From IMG/VR virus record IMGVR_UViG_3300033489_000010, positions 1 to 57,418 of that record: a DNA stretch of 57,418 nucleotides. One strand, written 5' to 3'. A model generated the notes under the pieces. It saw only the letters and a list, made by a program, of their open reading frames with translations. It did no database searches and was not told the DNA's origin. A program made the position numbers and the translations under genes. Shown here piece after piece: positions 46,735 through 55,075 of the stretch. The stretch comes from a virus. Its lineage: Duplodnaviria; Caudoviricetes. The stretch's first letter is position 1. Every line of letters begins with the position of its first letter.

Positions 46735-46763
46735 ATTATAGCAAGCATTTACAAGCGTGTCAA
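46735..46763 (-). promoter_or_regulatory. Perfect consensus sigma70 promoter inside the MTase frame, driving the HNH gene
   Basis: TTGACA-cgcttgtaaatgcttgc (17 nt)-TATAAT with extended -10 TGn. Confidence 0.85.
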
Positions 46764-46940
46764 CAGTTAACGTTTTAATATCGTCATGACAAGGCACATC
46801 CGGCCAATACTTTTTCAGTATCCGCCGGCAGAAATCATCCTTTTCGCAGAAAGAAACTATTTCCAGGTCATCCCCCTACACCCATGATGCGGCCAGGGAG
46901 AATCCGCCAATTCCGGAAAAGAGGTCGAGAGTTCTAAAAG

Positions 46941-47321
46941 TCATTTCCGGTTCGCCCTCCTTCTTTTTTCTTCAGCATCATAAGCAAGGTGGCACTTCTG
47001 ACACATTGCCATTAACCTGTCGTCACTGACGGCCCGGTTCTGTTCGTCGTGGTCAAGATGAGCTACGGTCAGAATCACCCGGACTTTTTTAATCATCCAT
47101 CGGGTAAGTTGAGTGATCCTGATCGTGTCCCTTTTATCAGTGAACCATATCTGATAATATCCGGTTTTCCCCTTTCCGGTCGCTATCCTGAGCTTGCAGG
47201 AATAAACCTCGGATCTGTTTTCTATCCCGCAGATCTCACACCGGTTTTTTGCCCGTGCGATGATCCTCGGAACAATTTCAGATTTCCAGGTCGCTGGATA
47301 TTTTTGGTAATCTATTGGCAT
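46941..47321 (-). CDS. HNH-family endonuclease
   Basis: YP..W......I..RA.NRCEICG...LTVAHLDHD..N.....L.AMCQKCHL.YD. Confidence 0.8.
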   Translation of the reverse strand: MPIDYQKYPATWKSEIVPRIIARAKNRCEICGIENRSEVYSCKLRIATGKGKTGYYQIWFTDKRDTIRITQLTRWMIKKVRVILTVAHLDHDEQNRAVSDDRLMAMCQKCHLAYDAEEKRRRANRK

Positions 47322-47322
47322 T

Positions 47323-47718
47323 TTATAAGCTCATTCCCGGCAACACATATTCAACATCGAAAAAAGAAAGTTTTCCGGGGCAAGGCAAAAACGGCAGATC
47401 TTTCGGATTCTCAAAGACAAAGGCTTTGGGTCCGAAAAACCACTCTGACTGATGATAGGTCACACAATCAATCATCTCAACTGACCCGATGATGCCGCCG
47501 CGTTCATATAACGATTGTTCGGCTATTTCATAGTCAGGGTGTCGCCGATCCTTATTGTATTTATTAAATATCCACCTGAACCCGTCCTGATCAAATTTCA
47601 TAGCCGCATGAATCAATAACGGTCCCCGGTAATTTGATTTCCATGTCCGGTTTTCAATAGGCTTTATCCCGGCAATGATTAATGAGGCCCATGGTTGACG
47701 GATTGACAGGGCTTTCAT
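47323..47718 (-). CDS. ASCH domain protein
   Basis: MKALSIRQPWA.LI..G.K.IENRTW..NYRG.LLIHA...GGIIG.V...DC. Confidence 0.9.
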   Translation of the reverse strand: MKALSIRQPWASLIIAGIKPIENRTWKSNYRGPLLIHAAMKFDQDGFRWIFNKYNKDRRHPDYEIAEQSLYERGGIIGSVEMIDCVTYHQSEWFFGPKAFVFENPKDLPFLPCPGKLSFFDVEYVLPGMSL

Positions 47719-47924
47719 TATTCACCACCTCTCAGCTTAACGGCCTTGTCTGAGCATTGCCATGATATAGGCTCATGTTTCTCAATCTGGTCGTTAAGAT
47801 CATCGATTGCGGTAGACGGGTTTAGGCCGATGAATACAATATGCTGCCCGGGCACTCTCCATATCCTCGACAAAGAATATCTATACTGTCTATCTTCTGA
47901 AAAAATAGCTGATTTAATCATCAC
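47718..47924 (-). pseudogene. Truncated DUF1643-like gene
   Basis: SAIFSEDRQYRYSLSRIW......FIGLNPSTA, then an unrelated tail; only 68 aa. Confidence 0.6.
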
Positions 47925-50494
47925 TCCACCATCCCAATATCAGATTCAGAAACAATACCCCCCTGTTGAAATATGAGTGAGTGATCAGCCATGGTCTGAC
48001 ACTCGGGGATATGAGAAATAAAGAACAGCTTTTCAAAATGCCCCTGAACCATCAGGGCCCGGTACATCTGGATAAACCTCTCTGCCTTCTCTTTGTCCAG
48101 TGCGCCGGATTCTTCATCCGCAAAGCAGGTGGCAAAATGGATGCCGGATTTTTCAGTATTGACCAGGATCTGAGCAGCCTTAAACGCCTGCAATATCCAC
48201 ACGGATTCCCCACCCGAAAAATCACACAGAGAATATGTCTGCCCATCTCCACGGGTAATCATGATATCAAGGATTTCCGCACCGGTCTCCGGGTCCTGGG
48301 TGACAAGGTCAAGGAAGAACTCTCCACCGTAGGCAGAATGTAAAAGATCGTTTGCAATTCCGGTGAGAAGAGGGGCAGCGGCAGAGATTTCCAGGGCCTG
48401 CAATCCGGACTTCGAAACGGCATCCCGGATATAGGACCACTTCGACAATTCTTCCCGGACAAAGGTCTCACGTGATTTTAACTGGGCTATTTCTTCGATA
48501 TTTTTTTCCGCAGCCTTGGTCTTGTCTTCCAGGACGGCAATTGATTTTTCGATATCACCGGCTTCTTTCTGGGCCTGTTTTAATTTCCCTTCAAGATCCG
48601 GCAGAACATAATTCCCGGTATTCAACAGGGTTTTTATTTCTTCTGATGTTCTGGCCGGCAAGATCAAGATAATCTCATTTTTCATGGACTCCGCAGCTTC
48701 TTCAAGCTCCATCATCCGGACGTGGATTTCTTTATCTGCAAGATTATAGTCCGCTGTTTTCTGAGCAAAGGTTCTATCCGCCTGGTCAAGTAATTTTTCG
48801 GCGGTTTCAAGGTCTGCTTTCTTACCGGCGAAAGCTTCAAACAATGCAATCTGAGACAAGCAAGATGTCAATTTGCCAGACACATCTTTATAAAGCAGGG
48901 TGAGCGTGTCTTTTTCTGTTGAGAGTCTTGTTTTCTCTGTAGTGTGCCAATCTATCCTGGCCTTGATATCTTTGTCCCACGCCTGGACTTCTTCTGTCTG
49001 TTTTTCCAGGTCGGTTTGTATAGATAAAAGCTCTTTTGATAACAATGAGGATTCTTCTGACAGCTTTTCGAGAACGAGCTTTTCATCTGCAATCAATTTT
49101 TCTGTCAGCTCTCTGCTTGCGGTAATCTCTTTTTGCTTACCGGCTTTCCCGGAAATCTTTTCCAGAGCATCCTTAATAAACGGACATTCATCGATTGTGC
49201 AAAGTCCTGGACGTTTTGTCAGCAAGGTTTCAGCCTGTGCAAACTGTTCAAGCTCTTTATCAAGGACTTTTATTGCTGGGGCAAGGACAAGGACGCTGGT
49301 TTTGCTCTCTGATAAAATAATTTTGTCTTTGACCCTGATTATATCTGTCTTCACCCTGGCCATCTGATCTCTCAGAATTTTTATTTCAGGATTGTTCTGA
49401 TTCAACACTCGGTCAGATTCAAGTTTTGAGATTGCGACTTCAATACTTCCGATCCGGTTTTTCTTGTCCGTTCCCTGTTCGGTCAGTGACGCCAGTTCAG
49501 CATTCAGTTTTTCAACTTCTGCCTTAGCAGATTCCAGGCCGGAAGAAGCATTTAGTATTTCATCTTTCTGTTTTATCAAATCCGAGTATGGTTTTGTTTC
49601 GGTATAATAAGACTGTCGGTACTCACCCCATTTCCGGACCATCTCCGCTGTTTCGGCTCTCTGGGTAACAATCTGATCCGTGAGAGCATTAAACTGTTTC
49701 TGTTTTTCCTGGACAACGGCTTCCTGTCTTTCTGATTCGGACAGTTCTTTCTGCAGGACGGATATTTTCACTTTGGCTTCTGCAATATTTTTTTCTATTC
49801 CCGATATTTCAATCTGTCTTTGTTCAAGGGAGAAGTGATTCAACTCAAGTGATTTTCCATTCTTTTCGATTTCAGTCTCTTTCTCAGAATAAAATTCCAG
49901 ATCCCGGAGGACTTCTGCAAGGGCTGATTCACATTCTTTGATCACGGCTCCGGTGTTATGCCAGTATTCGGTATATTTTTTCAGGCCCAGGAGTTCTATC
50001 AAAAGATTCTTGAAATCTCCCACGGTCAAATCGGTTAATTTCTGTCCACCCTGGCAGGAGAAAATAGATGAGTAGAATAATTTTTCTGAACCGAATAGCT
50101 CAGACACCACCCGCTTGTATTCGCTGATTTTACCCTTAACCATGGGCACGCCATCACAGGTTATAAACCCTTCCGGTGACATGGTTGTACCTGCCGGGAT
50201 CTCTACCCTGAAAACGTAGGTTTTGCTCTGGTGGAGGTAGCAGACTTCCTTGTAAGAGTTCCTGTCTTTGAACTGCTTTTTGAAATTGTACTTTTGCGGG
50301 TTCTTTTGCTGACGGCTCGGGAACACCGGGAAAGGAGAGAGCATTTCCATGAATGTGGTTTTAGATGTTCCGTTGGCCCCGGCCAGGTTGATCAGGCCTG
50401 AAATGTGTTCAAAATTGACCGCTATTTCATCAAGGCCCAGGCCGTAATGGATGCCGTATGATCCTTTTGCTTTTATATATTGCAGGTTTGCCAT
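47921..50494 (-). CDS. sbcC: SbcC/Rad50-like SMC ATPase
   Basis: Walker A GANGTSKTT, Q-loop, long coiled coil with central CTIDECP hook, signature FSGGE, DEESGALD, FISH. Confidence 0.85.
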   Translation of the reverse strand: MANLQYIKAKGSYGIHYGLGLDEIAVNFEHISGLINLAGANGTSKTTFMEMLSPFPVFPSRQQKNPQKYNFKKQFKDRNSYKEVCYLHQSKTYVFRVEIPAGTTMSPEGFITCDGVPMVKGKISEYKRVVSELFGSEKLFYSSIFSCQGGQKLTDLTVGDFKNLLIELLGLKKYTEYWHNTGAVIKECESALAEVLRDLEFYSEKETEIEKNGKSLELNHFSLEQRQIEISGIEKNIAEAKVKISVLQKELSESERQEAVVQEKQKQFNALTDQIVTQRAETAEMVRKWGEYRQSYYTETKPYSDLIKQKDEILNASSGLESAKAEVEKLNAELASLTEQGTDKKNRIGSIEVAISKLESDRVLNQNNPEIKILRDQMARVKTDIIRVKDKIILSESKTSVLVLAPAIKVLDKELEQFAQAETLLTKRPGLCTIDECPFIKDALEKISGKAGKQKEITASRELTEKLIADEKLVLEKLSEESSLLSKELLSIQTDLEKQTEEVQAWDKDIKARIDWHTTEKTRLSTEKDTLTLLYKDVSGKLTSCLSQIALFEAFAGKKADLETAEKLLDQADRTFAQKTADYNLADKEIHVRMMELEEAAESMKNEIILILPARTSEEIKTLLNTGNYVLPDLEGKLKQAQKEAGDIEKSIAVLEDKTKAAEKNIEEIAQLKSRETFVREELSKWSYIRDAVSKSGLQALEISAAAPLLTGIANDLLHSAYGGEFFLDLVTQDPETGAEILDIMITRGDGQTYSLCDFSGGESVWILQAFKAAQILVNTEKSGIHFATCFADEESGALDKEKAERFIQMYRALMVQGHFEKLFFISHIPECQTMADHSLIFQQGGIVSESDIGMVE

Positions 50495-50496
50495 AA

Positions 50497-50826
50497 TTAT
50501 TCCCTCACTTTCTCAAGAATGGTTTCAACGCCTTTCCTCAAAAGGAATCTAAAGTCATCTCGGATAGTTGCGTTCTCCATGAGCTTTTTTATATCGTTTC
50601 CCATTTCTGTGACTATTTTATTGACAATCTTCTGTGCGAGTTCTATTTCAAGAAGCTCTGTTATCTTCGAGCGGACCCGTTCATAATCAACGACGGATAA
50701 AGCGGAATGTAACTCCTGGGAGATGTCTATTTTTTTATCATAGGGAAGCTTAAAAACTTCTCCGGATTGAATCATTTTAACAAGAGCGCCTTCAATCGCC
50801 GCCTCAATTCTTCTCATATCCATCAT
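50497..50826 (-). CDS. Hypothetical protein between sbcD and sbcC
   Basis: GGAGG RBS; ATGA overlap. Confidence 0.6.
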   Translation of the reverse strand: MMDMRRIEAAIEGALVKMIQSGEVFKLPYDKKIDISQELHSALSVVDYERVRSKITELLEIELAQKIVNKIVTEMGNDIKKLMENATIRDDFRFLLRKGVETILEKVRE

Positions 50827-52166
50827 GCCACCTCCCTTTCAATCTCTGTCTCATTGACGGTGACGGCCGGTTTGTCCTGGTTAAGCCGTGCCTGACAGTA
50901 TTTAACCAGGTCGGCAGGACTCATGGCCTCCACATTTTCCAGCATTTCAAATACGCCGGCCGGTACGGGCTGGCTCCGGTGGTTTGCCAGGGCCCGGACT
51001 TTATCGATCAGGGATTCAGCTTTAATGATTTCCTCTTCCCGGGAATTCTCCCGGCGCACCCGGTCGATTTCCAGAATGACATTATCGGCCCCGGCTTCTT
51101 TGATTGCCTGCTTTAATGCTGACTGGTTAATCCTGCGGATGTCATCTATCCAGAGTGTGATTTTCACTTTTGCCCAGTAGCCGGGTGCAGCACTACCGCC
51201 ATTGTAAAGGATTTGACCAACGACATTCATGATAAAATTTTCATTCAGGTGGTCCGGGTTTGCGACACAGTTAAAATTGACCTGAATCATTTCGCGGGTA
51301 GGGGTCTGGATGAACTCATGCCGGTCTGGTTCGTTGTCATCACAAATATCATGAATGTAGAAGCCCTTAACCTGATTTTGTTCCCCGAAATCTTTCCGGA
51401 AGATTGATCCGGCGTGAAAGGCGTTCTTTCCTGGGGAGATGCTGTATCCTTGAGCCATGTGAATATGGCCGAGAAGGTTTATATCAGCCTGAGCCATTGA
51501 TAGCGAGACACTTTCTATGGCAATGTCAGTGCCGGGCAAAGTCTGAGTCTCGGAAATTTTTGACCCCTTCATGGAAAAATGACCGTTCAGGATGTGGGGG
51601 GCCCGGAACCTTTTTGCCATCTGATTGAACCCGGCAAATATTGCACCCATGGCCTGGGAAATGTTCTGATTATCAGTTTCGGCTCCTTGGCGGTTTTTCC
51701 AATTCTCTTTTGTTGGCGGCGGTATCTGAGTGACAACGAGACAAACACCCCCATGAATTGAAACGCGTTCCCCATCTTCCCACATATACGATGATGCTGC
51801 AATGCCATTAACCATTACATCAGAACGTACAAGGAAAATCTGTTCAGGCTTTGTACTGACATGGATCGGATTTTTCCCGGAAACATATTTTAAAAGTTCA
51901 GGGGTCTGCCCATCGTGCGAAAATGTTCCGCAGACCACGGCCACTGGTGCGACATCAGACAATTGCCGGAAGACTCTAGATATCATTTTTGCAGACTTTG
52001 TATCAGCCGCTAAATATTGACTATTCGTCACATCCCCTGAACAAATAATTACATCCGGGCGTTTCTGTTCTGCGGCATTAACCATGAAGTCAAGACACCG
52101 CTGGATTTCTTCACTGTTTTTTTCTTCTGCATGAACGTCAGCAAAATGCAATATTCTGGTTCCCAT
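50823..52166 (-). CDS. sbcD: SbcD/Mre11-like metallophosphoesterase nuclease
   Basis: ILHFADVH, SGDV, GTFSHD, GH, LGHIH, AGS...DFGE. Confidence 0.85.
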   Translation of the reverse strand: MGTRILHFADVHAEEKNSEEIQRCLDFMVNAAEQKRPDVIICSGDVTNSQYLAADTKSAKMISRVFRQLSDVAPVAVVCGTFSHDGQTPELLKYVSGKNPIHVSTKPEQIFLVRSDVMVNGIAASSYMWEDGERVSIHGGVCLVVTQIPPPTKENWKNRQGAETDNQNISQAMGAIFAGFNQMAKRFRAPHILNGHFSMKGSKISETQTLPGTDIAIESVSLSMAQADINLLGHIHMAQGYSISPGKNAFHAGSIFRKDFGEQNQVKGFYIHDICDDNEPDRHEFIQTPTREMIQVNFNCVANPDHLNENFIMNVVGQILYNGGSAAPGYWAKVKITLWIDDIRRINQSALKQAIKEAGADNVILEIDRVRRENSREEEIIKAESLIDKVRALANHRSQPVPAGVFEMLENVEAMSPADLVKYCQARLNQDKPAVTVNETEIEREVA

Positions 52167-53206
52167 TATTTTTTTCTCCCTTCTTCCATGATGTGAATTA
52201 AATAGCCTGTCCTATCGGCCGGATCCCATTTGTGAACAGGTGCCTTAAATTGTTTCAGCGTGGCATCATGTCCAGCATATCCGGTCTTTTTAACCATTGC
52301 CTCAATCGTTTTTACCTGATCTTCCGGAGACTGGTTTTCAAAATCTATAATCATAGACTCATCAGACGTAGGGTTTCCAGTTTCGTCCGGTCCTTGGTCA
52401 TCCGGCTCGGTTTCTGCCGGGATTTCTTTGATCTTTGGAGTTGGCAGGGTGTGAGCTGTTACCGGAACAGACTGCCCATATATGCCGAGTATCGCCTGCT
52501 GGAAGCTGGCAAGCTGTGCCTGCTGTACGAGTTGATTTGATGCATCCAGGGTATACCGGACAAGATAAAAGTTTTTCGAAATACCATCATGCTGGTTTTT
52601 ATCGTTTGGATATGGAGAAAAAGCAACCGGCAGATGCAGGATATTCCGAATTACCCGGACCTGAGCCCCTGACTCGCATCGTTCGTCCAGGGTCTCTTTG
52701 ATCTGGTTCATGTCCCGTTCGGTGTAATATCGAATAAACTCTTTTTCGTCGGCTGGCCAGGGGGCTTTTCCCTTACCTGCTTTGGAATCCTTGATTTTAA
52801 AAGAAAACTGAGTCCGGTATTTTTCTTCTATTGCATCCTTTTTGGCGTCAAGATCAATGTGCTTATGCCCTGCAACCTCAGCCCATAACCCTTCCTGAGT
52901 CCGGTACCTGCCAACAACCCGGAAAGAACAATAGTTCGGATTATCCCGGTTATCCATGCGCCCAACCCTTCCGGATTCTGCCGCCCACTGGATTCCGGCA
53001 GCATCGGCCAGTTTCATGGCTGCATGATGATGCAAGCCAAATTTTCCGGACGTTGAATAAAAATCATCCGATCTCAGTTTGATGATGTCCAGGACCGGGA
53101 CGAATATTCCGTTTACTTGGGGGAGCGGGGTTGACGGGACAAAGATAAAATGCCCGTCCTTTTTTGCCTGGGTGAGTTTTTCGCGTATATCTTTATTTTG
53201 ATCCAT
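52166..53206 (-). CDS. Hypothetical recombination-module protein (possible single-strand annealing protein)
   Basis: GGAGG RBS; upstream of sbcD; ERCESGA..RVIR..L motif and acidic tail resemble SSAPs (inference). Confidence 0.45.
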   Translation of the reverse strand: MDQNKDIREKLTQAKKDGHFIFVPSTPLPQVNGIFVPVLDIIKLRSDDFYSTSGKFGLHHHAAMKLADAAGIQWAAESGRVGRMDNRDNPNYCSFRVVGRYRTQEGLWAEVAGHKHIDLDAKKDAIEEKYRTQFSFKIKDSKAGKGKAPWPADEKEFIRYYTERDMNQIKETLDERCESGAQVRVIRNILHLPVAFSPYPNDKNQHDGISKNFYLVRYTLDASNQLVQQAQLASFQQAILGIYGQSVPVTAHTLPTPKIKEIPAETEPDDQGPDETGNPTSDESMIIDFENQSPEDQVKTIEAMVKKTGYAGHDATLKQFKAPVHKWDPADRTGYLIHIMEEGRKK

Positions 53207-53628
53207 TCTCGTTCCTCCTTAAAAAGCCCTGCCCATTTCTCAGCCGCAAGACTACCGGCCCAACAGGATTGATATTTGAAATCGTTTATATTTTCCAAAT
53301 GGTTGATTATTTCGTTAATCGTTTCAGCTATTTTCGGGTTGAATTTGAAGCTTGATTTCTCTATCATTTCCAGGCAAAACGAAAACAGGGTCCCCACATG
53401 CCTGGTTTGATTCAGCCATCCGGTTTCTTTTCCGAATTTTTCGACCGTCTCCCATATCCTGTTAAGGTCCTCTTCGGACGGCCGGGGGAATTTCCTCAGG
53501 TCTTTGTCAACCGCTTTTTGAAGCTGAAGGAAAAGAGCTTTCTTTCGGCTGGGTTTCAGAGTTCCGATTGTGAGGTCAGGTATAGCACGGATCAAGGCCA
53601 ATTCGGTTATGTGGCGGAGGGCTGCCAT
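53113..53628 (-). CDS. Hypothetical protein
   Basis: TAATG coupling to the upstream gene; C-terminus overlaps the next gene by about 90 nt. Confidence 0.5.
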   Translation of the reverse strand: MAALRHITELALIRAIPDLTIGTLKPSRKKALFLQLQKAVDKDLRKFPRPSEEDLNRIWETVEKFGKETGWLNQTRHVGTLFSFCLEMIEKSSFKFNPKIAETINEIINHLENINDFKYQSCWAGSLAAEKWAGLFKEEREWIKIKIYAKNSPRQKRTGILSLSRQPRSPK

Positions 53629-54209
53629 TATTTCACCGCCTTTCCGGCCACGATATCAACGAACCAATATTTATCAACTTTACGTAGATCGATCTCGTTG
53701 ACATTTTCTAAAATATATTCCCGGATACTGTGATCCTTGATAAACCAAATGTCCCCGCCTTGGTGTTCGGTCCTTGCCGTACCGCGCTTTTTGGCCTTGA
53801 GCCTGCCATCTTTGATAGCCCTCATGACGAAATGCACATCCACACCGAAACACTCGGCAAGACTATGCGCCGACTGACCCAGCAGATTCCCCAGCAGCCT
53901 GAGCCGTTTGCGTTTCAAAACGATCCCGCAGGCAGACCTGGTAAAACCGGCAGCCTTAAGCCGGAGTTGTATCCTTTCCGGGGTGATATGCTCCCAGCGC
54001 TCCAGTATCTCCAGTTCACGGTTTGACCAGATGGGTTCTTTCTTTTGTTTTTGTATCCAACCGTGCCGGATGGCGTGGCGGGTCACTTTCCAGCGGGGCA
54101 GCTTCAGCCTGTCAGCAAGATCAGCGATTTCACCGGAACCTGTGTTGGACATATAAGTCCGGAATATTTCATCATGGGCTTGGCTGGTTATGTGATACCT
54201 CTGAATCAT
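53628..54209 (-). CDS. Multi-HTH DNA-binding protein
   Basis: IADLADRLKLPRWKV; WSNRELEIL; AHSLAECFGVDVHFV.RAI..G.L (excisionase/MerR-like wHTH). Confidence 0.6.
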   Translation of the reverse strand: MIQRYHITSQAHDEIFRTYMSNTGSGEIADLADRLKLPRWKVTRHAIRHGWIQKQKKEPIWSNRELEILERWEHITPERIQLRLKAAGFTRSACGIVLKRKRLRLLGNLLGQSAHSLAECFGVDVHFVMRAIKDGRLKAKKRGTARTEHQGGDIWFIKDHSIREYILENVNEIDLRKVDKYWFVDIVAGKAVK

Positions 54210-54394
54210 CTTACCACCCCCATGAAAAAATTCTGGACGGGGTAAAGATGGAAGGCCCCTGGGGATGAAAAAAGAAATGGCTCATGAACCGGCGGAGAAA
54301 TCCAAACCGGTTTCGGGGGTGTGAAATAATTGGAATGTGCGTGGAATTGAAAAACCGGCTGTTTGTCCGGCTTTTCGTGAAATTGGTCTTTCAT
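54206..54394 (-). CDS. 62-aa leader peptide, first ORF of the leftward arm, coupled to the HTH gene
   Basis: AAGGAGG SD at 54400-06; ATGA overlap with 53628..54209. Confidence 0.55.
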   Translation of the reverse strand: MKDQFHEKPDKQPVFQFHAHSNYFTPPKPVWISPPVHEPFLFSSPGAFHLYPVQNFFMGVVR

Positions 54395-54413
54395 GTTGCC
54401 CTCCTTGTCTGGA

Positions 54414-54439
54414 GGGTTTTGGGAAACTGTGGTGGGATT
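54414..54439. repeat. 26-bp direct repeat GGGTTTTGGGAAACTGTGGTGGGATT, copy 1 (in the leftward 5' leader)
   Basis: Identical to 54879-54904. Confidence 0.95.
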
Positions 54440-54449
54440 CCTGATGGTT

Positions 54450-54478
54450 ATTGAATCAGAAAATCATCCAGATGTCAA
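54450..54478 (-). promoter_or_regulatory. Candidate leftward promoter
   Basis: TTGACA-17 nt-TTCAAT with TGn; the -10 is imperfect. Confidence 0.5.
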
Positions 54479-54537
54479 ATATTTTTTCAAGCATACATTT
54501 CATAGGCCGCTAAAATCTTTAATTTTTTTAAAAACCC

Positions 54538-54566
54538 TTGACTCTGCTAAATTTTTAGAATAAATT
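54538..54566 (+). promoter_or_regulatory. Rightward promoter predicted to give a leaderless mRNA
   Basis: TTGACT-17 nt-TAAATT; ATG lies 7 nt after the -10; no SD. Confidence 0.6.
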
Positions 54567-54572
54567 GATGCC

Positions 54573-54815
54573 ATGAAATTCAAACAGACGGAAATAAAAA
54601 AAATCCTGGGAGTATCTGACGCGCTCGTGTCTTTACTCCTGTCAGGGAAAAGTCCCATTACATACCGGATGGCAAAAAAAATCAGTGTCATGACCGGGAT
54701 AGAAATAATTTTTATAATGGAGGCTTCCCCGAAAGAACTCAGGAAAGTTTTCAGGATTTTGGTTAGGAATGTCCGTGCTGAACCGACCACGGAAACCCCG
54801 TTGACTCGGGGATAA
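54573..54815 (+). CDS. Cro/XRE-family HTH regulator
   Basis: KQTEIKKILGVSDALVSLLLSGKSPIT..MAKKI...TGI. Confidence 0.8.
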   Translation: MKFKQTEIKKILGVSDALVSLLLSGKSPITYRMAKKISVMTGIEIIFIMEASPKELRKVFRILVRNVRAEPTTETPLTRG

Positions 54816-54878
54816 CAGGAATGGCGGCCCGGTTGGAAACATAAAGGTAAGAACGAAGTCAAATATTTAATTTTAAAT

Positions 54879-54913
54879 GGGTTTTGGGAAACTGTGGTGG
54901 GATTTCAAGACCC
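54879..54913 (+). ncRNA. Copy 2 of the 26-bp repeat folded as a hairpin; candidate antisense RNA
   Basis: GGGUUUUGGGA / UUUCAAGACCC 11-bp stem with G.U pairs (plus strand only); loop AACUGUGGUGGGA. Confidence 0.5.
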
Positions 54914-55075
54914 GAAGGAGGGAAAAAAAGAACGCACAAAGGGGGTCAGCCGCCTCACGAAACGAGGACCAACGGTATGCGGTCAGGGATTATGGAGTTC
55001 TGCGAGGATAAATATGGGCACCCTGGAAGATAGGCCAAAGAGTGCCCATACCTCTACAAAAAAACAGGAGGGTAT

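Larger units (their letters stand above)
45385..46944 (-). pseudogene. C5-cytosine DNA methyltransferase (alpha frame), interrupted by in-frame TAG (46876-78) and TAA (46144-46) and carrying an in-frame HNH insert
   Basis: A single frame from ATG 46944 contains motif I LDLFSGIGGF, II FCEKD, III DDIK, IV GGFP*SCQPFS, VI ENVPG, VIII PHRRDRVWIVA and X GNAIVPQV. Confidence 0.85.

Noticed and set aside
46144-46797. Intein or group I/II intron explaining the HNH insert in the MTase
   Set aside because: No Cys/Ser start with His-Asn end, and no P/Q/R/S or domain V elements were visible
46876-46878. Genome-wide TAG reassignment (alternative genetic code)
   Set aside because: Long genes are open in code 11, and TAG ends normal genes (e.g. 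capsid at 29973, ORF 55362-55712)
54414-54904. 26-bp repeats as attL/attR or as a transposon TSD
   Set aside because: Only 465 bp apart around an intrinsic control gene, with no recombinase; not excluded as DNA operators, but the RNA pairing explains more features
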